IMG/VR virus record: IMGVR_UViG_3300044513_001988
Span: 1 to 24,613 of that record
DNA length: 24,613 nt
From: a virus
Taxonomy: Duplodnaviria; Caudoviricetes
Strand: one strand, 5' to 3'
Shown: piece after piece, positions 1-7,131 of the stretch
Layout: each line of letters begins with the position of its first letter
Position numbering within the stretch: the stretch's first letter is position 1
Made by a program: the position numbers and the translations under genes
The notes under the pieces: model-generated
What the model saw: only the letters and a program-made list of their open reading frames with translations
What the model was told of the DNA's origin: nothing
Databases searched by the model: none

Positions 1-2
1 CT

Positions 3-200
3 ACGACGAGTTCAACAAGCACTACAACCACCACGACGACAACGCTTCCACCGCCGCCGCCATCGACTACGTCAACAACCACGACTACGACAGTCCCCCC
101 AACGACGACTTCTACGACGACTTCTACTTCGACCACTTCCACGACGGTGCCGTCAACGACGACCACCACCTCGTCAACAAGCACCACAACTACGACTGAA
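3..200 (+). repeat. Low-complexity ACN/TCN codon tract encoding poly-Thr/Ser
   Basis: Runs of acg/acc/act/aca codons, varied at third positions as expected for a coding repeat. Confidence 0.8.
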
Positions 201-584
201 CCCCCTAAACCAGCCCCCGCTCCTGCTGTGGCGGCTATGATTACTCGTATACAGAACGAAGAACTTGCCGAGTCAATGGGCGAGTTGTTGAGTGACGAAG
301 AAGAAATAACTGTAGAAGTACTTCACCAAGTGATCGACAATGAGGACTTCGACAGCCTTGACGAGGAGACTCTAGAGGCCGTCAGTGCGGCTCTATCCGA
401 GGCTCCAGACGATGTTAAAGAAGAGTTTGAAAGCGAAGTAAACGTATTTGAGGGGTCGTTTGATACGTACGTCCCCACTGGCTCAAAGATCGATGTAGGG
501 ACCAGAAGAACTGTTGTCGCTGTAACAGCCTCCATTTCGGCAGTCGCCGCCGCCCCCACAGGAGGTGGCAGAAGGAGACGCTGA
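3..584 (+). CDS. Thr/Ser-rich protein, 5'-truncated: T/S/P linker, acidic helical region, weakly hydrophobic C-terminus ending in RRRR
   Basis: The frame is open from position 3 (TTSSTSTTTTTTTTLPPPPP...) to TGA 582-584, so the ORF-track start at 147 is internal. Confidence 0.8.
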   Translation, partial: TTSSTSTTTTTTTTLPPPPPSTTSTTTTTTVPPTTTSTTTSTSTTSTTVPSTTTTTSSTSTTTTTEPPKPAPAPAVAAMITRIQNEELAESMGELLSDEEEITVEVLHQVIDNEDFDSLDEETLEAVSAALSEAPDDVKEEFESEVNVFEGSFDTYVPTGSKIDVGTRRTVVAVTASISAVAAAPTGGGRRRR

Positions 585-760
585 TGCTTAAGAAACTCTT
601 CAAAGAGGGGTACGCCCTCGTATGGACGGTATCTGGTACGGCTTTAGTACTAATCACACTCTCGGGAGATGTCCTAAAATACGCACTGTGGATCAGTGGT
701 GCATCCATTGTGGCCCACATGATTGGGTTCGCCATCTGGGGAGGCTCTGATGAAGAGTAA
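584..760 (+). CDS. 58-aa two-TM membrane protein (not in ORF track)
   Basis: ATG 584 overlaps the upstream TGA and is preceded by GAAGGAG. Translation: MLKKLFKEGYALVWTVSGTALVLITLSGDVLKYALWISGASIVAHMIGFAIWGGSDEE; TAA 758-760. Confidence 0.8.
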   Translation: MLKKLFKEGYALVWTVSGTALVLITLSGDVLKYALWISGASIVAHMIGFAIWGGSDEE

Positions 761-1001
761 ACTACGCATTGCCGGTGATATCGGTATCCGCTTGTTTGCT
801 ACGTTTACTGCCTCAGCCCTCAGCATCATCTCTGGTGCGGCTATTATTGGCGATATCGAGATGCACAAAGCCGCTCTTCTTGCTGGATTTGTGGCTGTAG
901 CCAATGTCGCTCAGCGCTTAGCCGCCGCCGCTATCGACGGCGATTTGACGGCGGACGAGATCGACGAAGCATTTCTGGGAGCAAAGATAACCAGAAAGTA
1001 G
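750..1001 (+). CDS. Holin-like membrane protein with two hydrophobic segments
   Basis: ATG 750 follows GGAGG. It shares a D-x3-R-x2-ATF...KAA pattern with the downstream r1t-type holin and has an acidic tail. Confidence 0.7.
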   Translation: MKSKLRIAGDIGIRLFATFTASALSIISGAAIIGDIEMHKAALLAGFVAVANVAQRLAAAAIDGDLTADEIDEAFLGAKITRK

Positions 1002-1024
1002 ATTACGCACCCTATACAGTCCCA

Positions 1025-1035
1025 TGTGATATGGT
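1025..1035 (+). promoter_or_regulatory. Extended -10 promoter element TGTGATATGGT
   Basis: TGnTANNNT in the intergenic gap before the holin; the same pattern occurs at 13082 and 21193. Confidence 0.45.
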
Positions 1036-1068
1036 TATGGGGTAACAACCCCCTACGGAGGTATTGAT

Positions 1069-1302
1069 ATGTTTGAACCTAAGTTCCTTAAGGACGTCGC
1101 TGAGCGCGCTGTTGCAACATTTGCACAGACACTCGTTGCCCTCGTCGGTACTGACGCCGTCGACATCTTGTCGGTCGGTCTTGGTGACTCGTTGAAGGCC
1201 GCTGCTGTTGCCGCTGGTCTGTCCGTCGTTAAGAGCGTTGCCGCGGCTAAAGGCCCAGTCGGTGACACCTCAGCATCGGCGGTTAACCTCGGAGGTAACT
1301 GA
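1069..1302 (+). CDS. Holin, r1t family
   Basis: KDVAERAVATFAQ signature plus two TM segments; GGAGG RBS; stop overlaps the endolysin start. Confidence 0.9.
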   Translation: MFEPKFLKDVAERAVATFAQTLVALVGTDAVDILSVGLGDSLKAAAVAAGLSVVKSVAAAKGPVGDTSASAVNLGGN

Positions 1303-2258
1303 TGTCCCGCGACTACACGGGTTGGGATTACAACGCCACTGGTAAGCGTGCCGGTGCAGAGGCGCTAAGTAAGTGCTTGGAAGCATACTTCGGTGTGTGG
1401 AACAACGGTACTTGGGGTGTCCGCAATATGCGCGGCAAGGGTAAGCCCTCAGTCCACGGTACAGGCCGTGCGGGGGACAACTCTTGGCGTGGCGCACCTT
1501 ACCGTGGTACTGGTAACTATGATAGTGCTAAGGCCGCTTGTGAGTTCCTCGTGGAGCACGCCGACGAGTTAGGTCTAGAGTTCTTGTGTGATTACTTCCC
1601 AAAGCCATGGGGACGCGGATGGCGCTGTGACCGCAACGCTTGGCAGGACTACACCAAGAAGACAGTCAGTGGCACCCCCGGAGGAGATTGGATTCACTGG
1701 GAGATCAGCAACGAGACTGCGGATGATCCAGACCGTATCGTTAAGGTGTTTGAAGATGCCCTAGGTCCTGCACCTGAAGAAGTGAAGGTACCTGCAAAGA
1801 AGACCCCCAAAGCCCCCGCTGGTAAGAAGCCATGGCTTCAAGTGGGTAGTAAGGGCGCGGAAGTCAAGAAAGTTCAAGAGATCGTTGGCGCTACAGCAGA
1901 CGGTGACTACGGTCCTAAAACTGAGCAGGCTGTAAAGAACTGGCAGGCAGAGCACGACCTCCACGTTGATGGTATTTGGGGTCCCGGCTCAGATGGTCAT
2001 GTTAACGATTGCGACCACGGCGCTCCAGAACCGGCAGCAGCACCCGCTCCCGCCCCCGCTGCTAACCCTTTCCCCGGAGAGTCCCTACAGATTGGTAGCA
2101 CTGGTAAGTACGTAATCATGGTACAGAAGAAGGTTGGCGCTAAACCAGATGGCCGCTTTGGTCCTGTTACAGCGCGCTCCGTTCGCAAGTACCAGCGCAA
2201 CGCCGGTCTAACCGTTGATGGAGTAGTCGGTCCCAAGACGTGGGGGCACATGTTCTGA
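1302..2258 (+). CDS. Endolysin: peptidase M15-like Zn domain plus two PG_binding_1 domains
   Basis: R...SVHGTGRAGD...WIHWE fits the SxHxxGxAxD/HxE pattern. Two LxxGSxG...DGxFGPxT...Q...L.VDGxxGP repeats are joined by Pro/Ala/Lys linkers. Confidence 0.88.
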   Translation: MSRDYTGWDYNATGKRAGAEALSKCLEAYFGVWNNGTWGVRNMRGKGKPSVHGTGRAGDNSWRGAPYRGTGNYDSAKAACEFLVEHADELGLEFLCDYFPKPWGRGWRCDRNAWQDYTKKTVSGTPGGDWIHWEISNETADDPDRIVKVFEDALGPAPEEVKVPAKKTPKAPAGKKPWLQVGSKGAEVKKVQEIVGATADGDYGPKTEQAVKNWQAEHDLHVDGIWGPGSDGHVNDCDHGAPEPAAAPAPAPAANPFPGESLQIGSTGKYVIMVQKKVGAKPDGRFGPVTARSVRKYQRNAGLTVDGVVGPKTWGHMF

Positions 2259-2282
2259 CTCCACAGAACTGAGAGGTAAAAC

Positions 2283-2675
2283 TTGGCCAGCATCCAGACG
2301 CCGTTCAACTTTTCTGGTGGGCGCGTATCTCGCGTGACCTCTCCTACCGTTATTGCTGAGCAGAAGATTATTGACGTATTAGTCACTTCTAGGCATGAGC
2401 GGTTTGGTCTACCGACCTATGGAGTCGGTATCCAGCAGCATCTTTTTGAACCTATTGATGAGTTAGTATCAGCAGAAATTAATATTGATGCTAAGATGGA
2501 ACTAAGCGACAGAATTAGCGATGTAATTATAAACGGCTTTTCTATTGAACAAGATCCGTACTATGAGACCACAGCAGTTGTAAAAGTTTTGTATTCATTG
2601 CCTGTATCTAGACCTCGTATGGCGACCTTTTCGGTTTCTCTAGAGGACTTTACTGAAGAAAGCCCATTGATCTAA
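2283..2675 (+). CDS. Baseplate wedge protein, gp25/GPW-like
   Basis: PF...I.DVL.T..HER...PTYGVGI..LFEP pattern typical of the gp25 family; lies before baseplate J. Confidence 0.85.
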   Translation: MASIQTPFNFSGGRVSRVTSPTVIAEQKIIDVLVTSRHERFGLPTYGVGIQQHLFEPIDELVSAEINIDAKMELSDRISDVIINGFSIEQDPYYETTAVVKVLYSLPVSRPRMATFSVSLEDFTEESPLI

Positions 2676-4177
2676 TGCCCTTTGATTACGCCAGCCGTGA
2701 TTTTGACACTATTAAAACTGAGTTGCTAGCACGCGCTGCTCGGGTTGCCCCCGAGTGGACAGACCGCGACCCCTCAGATTTTGGCATGATTATGCTGGAT
2801 TTGTGGGCTAACACTGCCGACGTACTGCACTATTACATTGATCGTGCGGCTAATGAGACGTTCCTAACAACTGCTCAGCAACGAGAGTCGGTTTTGGCTC
2901 TCGCTAACTTGTTTGACTACATTCCTCGTAGTAGAAGCAGCGCTTCAGGTACAGTAACTTTGAGCAACTCTACGACTTCAGATATTGAGATACCTGCTTA
3001 CACTCGTTTTGTAGCAAGAGCAAGTAATTCTGTCTATCAGTTGTACGCTCCGTCCGACGCCACCTTGGTTGCTAACAGTAGCACCGCGGTAGCGTTGCGG
3101 GAAGGAACTGTTGTAAATACTGAAAAGGTCACCGGAGTCACAGGTTCTTCAGGAAAGTCGGACCAACGCTACACACTGGCTAACAAGGACGTAGTCAATG
3201 GCAGCATTACTGTATTCGTGTATGAGGACGGGGTTAAGCCGATTCAGTACAGATTTGTTGAGCGAGTTTCAGACGCTACTATCGGTGAACGCGTGTTCTA
3301 CGTTGAGACAACTGCTGATGCTGAAACAGTAGTTGGCTTTGGTACGACATCGTACGGTTTCGTACCCCCTCAAGGGTCTGAGATCAGAGTTAGGTACGCG
3401 TATGGTCAAGGTGCTGAGGGCAATATTCCAGCAGGTTCTGTTAATGGTTTTTATTCGAACACACCAGACGGTGTCTCTGTTGTTTCCTCGTCCGCCTTTT
3501 CTGGGGGCACTGACGAGGAGTCAATTGTTTCTATGAGAGCATCGCTCCCCTCAGCGATCTCAGCGCAAAACAGAGCGGTTACAGAGGCCGACTTCAAGAA
3601 CCTCGCTTTGCAGGTAGAGGGGGTTGCTAAGGCTGCACTCTCGTACAGCGCTAACACAGTCACTATGTATGTTCATGGGGCTGTTAACAACTTCGTTGCT
3701 TTGACTGATACCAGTGCCGCTCAAGACACCACACTAGAAGACCGGGTAGAGTCCTATGTAGGGGAACGTGCTGTGGTAGGTGTAAGCGTTGCAGCCGACA
3801 GCGCCATTGATTACGCTCAAATCTACTTTAAGCCCAAGATCTATGTAAACAGCAGGTTTGTTGCGTCTTGGGTGAAACAGGACGTTGCTAACGTCATAGA
3901 TGGCCTGTTCCAGTTTGACCGCCTTAATTTCGGTCAAACGCTGTCTCTAGGCAGACTGTACAGTGCCATCTTAAGCGTCCCCGGTGTTGATTACGTCACT
4001 GTAGACCCCAACGACGGAGGTGGGTACTTCAGCGATAATAGCGCTGTTCTCACCACTCCCGCCACCGTGCAGAGCGTAACTGTTCCGTACAACGAACTGC
4101 CTAAACTGCACATCGACACCGGAGAGTCCTCTATTCTCTCTAAGATCGTGGTCAGCGGCGGCATTCAGGGGACCTGA
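2675..4177 (+). CDS. Baseplate J / gp6-like wedge protein
   Basis: DYASRDFDTIK...PEWTDRDPSDFG...YYIDRAANE.FL.TA and GGTDEES...QNRAVT..DF motifs. Confidence 0.92.
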   Translation: MPFDYASRDFDTIKTELLARAARVAPEWTDRDPSDFGMIMLDLWANTADVLHYYIDRAANETFLTTAQQRESVLALANLFDYIPRSRSSASGTVTLSNSTTSDIEIPAYTRFVARASNSVYQLYAPSDATLVANSSTAVALREGTVVNTEKVTGVTGSSGKSDQRYTLANKDVVNGSITVFVYEDGVKPIQYRFVERVSDATIGERVFYVETTADAETVVGFGTTSYGFVPPQGSEIRVRYAYGQGAEGNIPAGSVNGFYSNTPDGVSVVSSSAFSGGTDEESIVSMRASLPSAISAQNRAVTEADFKNLALQVEGVAKAALSYSANTVTMYVHGAVNNFVALTDTSAAQDTTLEDRVESYVGERAVVGVSVAADSAIDYAQIYFKPKIYVNSRFVASWVKQDVANVIDGLFQFDRLNFGQTLSLGRLYSAILSVPGVDYVTVDPNDGGGYFSDNSAVLTTPATVQSVTVPYNELPKLHIDTGESSILSKIVVSGGIQGT

Positions 4178-6108
4178 TGGCTTACACCTCTTTTCGCCTT
4201 AGGTACAACTTTGCCAGCGGTGGTTCTTACACGCGATTCAATTACGAGGTAGTAACCGACCCCGGTTTGGTGTCCAGCCCATACGACGGTCAGATTATTT
4301 ACCAAACTGACCCCGGCCTGCTACAGGGTGCTGGATTCTATGAATACGACAGTGACACTAGCGCTTGGTACCTCGTCGAACGTTCTCAGGACAACGCTCT
4401 TCGTGCTGACGGACTTCAGTTGCCCCCAGCCTCTGCACCGGAAAACTCCTTTTCAGCAATCGCCACCGGCTACAACGAAGTTACCTTGTCTTATGGTTTA
4501 ACTGAGTTGCCATCTGTTTCGTCCGAGGCGGGTGCGAGTAGCCCTCTGTCTACCGGTGCCCCCAGCCCGGCAGCGGTTATTGTTGTGTACTCCACGCAAG
4601 GAGAACCACAGACAGTTAACTCCGGTGTACAGGTGGTAAACACTAGATTTTCTGGCTCTTCTTTGCACAGTGTTGACACCAACCCTGACGATTACCCCGT
4701 ATCAGGCAGGTGGGCTTACTACAGTTTGTTTGTAGAGTACGCCGCAGTAGGACAGAATTCTTATTATGAGAAAGCCGCCTCCCTAAGAGTTCTCGTTCCC
4801 AAAAACTACAAGTCCACAGACATGTTGTGGAATCGCATTCCGATGTACTACCGACTACAGGATTTCAAAAGGGCTACGCCTTCGGTTAGTAACGACAGTT
4901 TTGTGGAGTTGTTGGGAGGCGTTCCTTGGCCTAGGGAAGCAGACGGTTATCGAGTCGGAGACCTCTATAAGTTTATGTCGATATTTGGTTTTGACGTAGA
5001 CCGAATTAGGACAACTATCGACTACATGATGGTGTCAAGAGACCCGGCCATTGCTGACACCGAGGTGCTTGACGCCATTTCAAAGCAGTTAGGAGTAGGT
5101 CTAGCATCCTCAGACCTAGGAGCAGAGAGACTACGTAGGGTGTTGTATGAAATTGGGTACTTACGTAGATCAAAGGGTACCGAATCTCAGATTAGTCATA
5201 TCCTTCGCGCTCTTACTGGCTGCGATGTCGAACTGGACAGAGGTGCCGGTTCTGCTGGTTCTGGAAGCATCAATGTGTACGAGCAGCGTGTTAACTACAT
5301 TCCTGACCCCTTATGGGAAACGCAAGATCGAAACCTGACCAGTTGGGGAGCGATGGTTAATGACCGCCCCGCGCATGAGGATGAGGTGGCTACCCCCTTA
5401 GGTTTCACCGACACCACGTATAGCGCCTACGCAACTGGTGGTGCTACCCCGGCATACTCAGTCACTAGTAAGGTATATCAAACCACTAATGCTGGTGATT
5501 CAGCAGGTGTAACTCATGTGATGTTTCGTTTAGCCAGTGCTGTACCTGTGCGCCTGTACGATCAGGTTACTTTTTCTGTGCACGGTACTTACATTGGGGA
5601 CATTAAATGGGTTCGAATCGTAGATGTAGATGGCAACATTTTGGGTAGTACTTCTACCTCTAAAAAAGCAGTAGACAAAAACGCTTATCAAGTCAGTATC
5701 ACCGACCCTTCTGACTCAGGAGTAACCGGCACCTTGCAGGCTAGTTTTATTGAGTTCTTAGTGGATCTTTCTTCCGGCCCGTTCTCTCCTTACAAGATGA
5801 TCGCAGAGAGAAACTTTATCGGTAACTACTTTGATGGTAACGAGAGTTTGTCGGGATGGCTTATCGACACAGTTGGCGGCGCTACCAACGAGTCAATTAA
5901 AGACCACCGGTGGTTGGGTACTGCTAACGACTCGGTGTCCGTGTACACAGAGCAGTATCGCAAAACCAAAGGAGTCTTCTCTTCGGTGTGCCTCAATGTG
6001 CTCCCGGTGTACGAAAAGGCTATATACACTAATCAGAGTACGAGTCTGCCCAACGTCAACTTCCAGCAGGTTGCTGGGGCCAGTCTCCTGACGACTCTTC
6101 CGAACTGA
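4177..6108 (+). CDS. Baseplate/tail protein with gpI (gp7)-like domain and beta-rich C-terminal region
   Basis: Follows baseplate J. IPMYYR...LYKFMSIFG...LDAISKQLG...YLRRSKGTESQI resembles the P2 gpI-type KGT motif. Confidence 0.72.
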   Translation: MAYTSFRLRYNFASGGSYTRFNYEVVTDPGLVSSPYDGQIIYQTDPGLLQGAGFYEYDSDTSAWYLVERSQDNALRADGLQLPPASAPENSFSAIATGYNEVTLSYGLTELPSVSSEAGASSPLSTGAPSPAAVIVVYSTQGEPQTVNSGVQVVNTRFSGSSLHSVDTNPDDYPVSGRWAYYSLFVEYAAVGQNSYYEKAASLRVLVPKNYKSTDMLWNRIPMYYRLQDFKRATPSVSNDSFVELLGGVPWPREADGYRVGDLYKFMSIFGFDVDRIRTTIDYMMVSRDPAIADTEVLDAISKQLGVGLASSDLGAERLRRVLYEIGYLRRSKGTESQISHILRALTGCDVELDRGAGSAGSGSINVYEQRVNYIPDPLWETQDRNLTSWGAMVNDRPAHEDEVATPLGFTDTTYSAYATGGATPAYSVTSKVYQTTNAGDSAGVTHVMFRLASAVPVRLYDQVTFSVHGTYIGDIKWVRIVDVDGNILGSTSTSKKAVDKNAYQVSITDPSDSGVTGTLQASFIEFLVDLSSGPFSPYKMIAERNFIGNYFDGNESLSGWLIDTVGGATNESIKDHRWLGTANDSVSVYTEQYRKTKGVFSSVCLNVLPVYEKAIYTNQSTSLPNVNFQQVAGASLLTTLPN

Positions 6109-6111
6109 TCC

Positions 6112-6141
6112 TTGACACGGGTGTTCCCCTTCTAGTAACTT
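6112..6141 (+). promoter_or_regulatory. Sigma70-type promoter TTGACA-N18-TAACTT
   Basis: Perfect -35 at 6112-6117 and TANNNT at 6136-6141, just after the last structural gene. Confidence 0.7.
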
Positions 6142-6164
6142 TCTTCGTTCCATAGAACGAAGGA
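6141..6164 (+). promoter_or_regulatory. Hairpin occluding the Shine-Dalgarno of the 6171 gene
   Basis: TTCTTCGTTC-CATA-GAACGAAGGA forms a 10-bp stem (one G-U); its right arm includes AAGGA of the SD (AAGGAG 6160-6165). Confidence 0.65.
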
Positions 6165-6170
6165 GACGCT

Positions 6171-6971
6171 ATGAGTCATGTAGTCATTATTGGAACAGGG
6201 GATTGCCCCGCTGATGCCGTAAAGGAATCCCTTGCCGATGCCTTGTCGTCTGGAGACGAGGTGTCCGTTGCTTGGCCTAAGTCCATGAATGGGGCAATGG
6301 ACGCCGTGTTGGAGTACCTAGTTGACAACGAGTACACCACCAACCTGTTGTACTCTGATGGACAGAATGTCCACCCAGATCTCCGTCAGATAGACACTGT
6401 CAACGTTGTCAAAGTACGCGACACTGAGTCATCCTTGGTCAAATCAATTGACAACGAAGTGTTGATCCTGTGGAACGACGCTGACGAAGAATTGCTGGGC
6501 ACCATCTTTGACAGTAACGAGAGTGTTCGTGTGCGAGAACTTAGCAACGGATTAGCCCCCATCGTGGTGGAGTACCACCCTGATACCCCCGAGCCTGCGG
6601 CACTCACGGAAGAGGAGCATACCGAGGAAGACGACAACAGTCGGTTCACCCGAGAGCAGTTGGAGGGTATGGCCGTTCCCGCTGTAAAGCGCTACGGAGA
6701 AAAGTTAGGTCTCACGTCTAAGACCAAGTCCGGTATCATCGAAGAATTGTTCGGAGCAGAGGAAGCCCCGGCAGAGACTCCTTCTACGATACCCAAGGAC
6801 GACCCAACGCCCCCACCGCCAGCCCCTAACGATTATGACTTTGTCCGTTTGTACCACGACTTCACTGAGTACGCTGACAACTGTAAGGACTTTGAATCGT
6901 CTATGGCTAAAGCCTCGCTGGAGCAGGCGCGACTGTGGATGTTGCGGGCACTTTCCCGTATTCAATTCTGA
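6171..6971 (+). CDS. Multidomain hypothetical protein: Rossmann/SLOG-like N-terminus, Rho_N/HeH-like motif, C-terminal Acb2/Tad1-like helical hairpin
   Basis: Strong SD. Motifs: VVIIGTG...GAMDAV...VLILWND; FTREQLEGMAVPAVKRYGEKLGL...KSGIIEEL; ESSMAKASLEQARLWMLRALSR. The ORF is solid; the domain calls are tentative. Confidence 0.75.
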   Translation: MSHVVIIGTGDCPADAVKESLADALSSGDEVSVAWPKSMNGAMDAVLEYLVDNEYTTNLLYSDGQNVHPDLRQIDTVNVVKVRDTESSLVKSIDNEVLILWNDADEELLGTIFDSNESVRVRELSNGLAPIVVEYHPDTPEPAALTEEEHTEEDDNSRFTREQLEGMAVPAVKRYGEKLGLTSKTKSGIIEELFGAEEAPAETPSTIPKDDPTPPPPAPNDYDFVRLYHDFTEYADNCKDFESSMAKASLEQARLWMLRALSRIQF

Positions 6972-6987
6972 TTTTATTTGAGGATCG

Positions 6988-7017
6988 TTGACTTGGTCGT
7001 ACGATCCGTGGTACATT
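6988..7017 (+). promoter_or_regulatory. Sigma70-type promoter TTGACT-N18-TACATT with extended -10 TG
   Basis: -35 at 6988-6993, TG at 7009-7010, -10 at 7012-7017; overlapped by inverted repeat GGATCGT (6982-6988) / ACGATCC (7001-7007). Confidence 0.72.
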
Positions 7018-7023
7018 CGTATT

Positions 7024-7123
7024 GGCACGGGTTCCATACGTGTCTCCTTTCATGGTAAGGAGCGGACGCCTACCTCTCGTGGTTGGGCTGGTCATAAGGC
7101 GTCCGCTCCGCCATGGAGAAAGG
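7024..7123 (+). ncRNA. Putative structured leader or small RNA
   Basis: Short hairpin at 7024-7044. Perfect 13-bp stem GGAGCGGACGCCT (7059-7071) / AGGCGTCCGCTCC (7097-7109), extended by CATGG/CCATG and CCTTT/AAAGG. Starts at the predicted transcription start. Confidence 0.5.
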
Positions 7124-7131
7124 GTTTGGTT

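Noticed and set aside
468-584. YVPTG as a sortase LPXTG signal
   Set aside because: The spacing does not fit LPXTG, charged residues intervene before the hydrophobic stretch, and that stretch is weak.
1039-1052. GGGGT-AACA-ACCCC hairpin before the holin
   Set aside because: Only 5 bp, no U-tract, and it does not cover the SD.
5608-5622. GGTTCGAATC resembling a tRNA T-loop
   Set aside because: It lies inside the baseplate CDS, with no T-stem or cloverleaf.
6988-7131. N-terminal extension of the 7132 ORF given in the ORF track
   Set aside because: The TTG start is the -35 box and has no good SD; the region is better explained as promoter plus structured leader.
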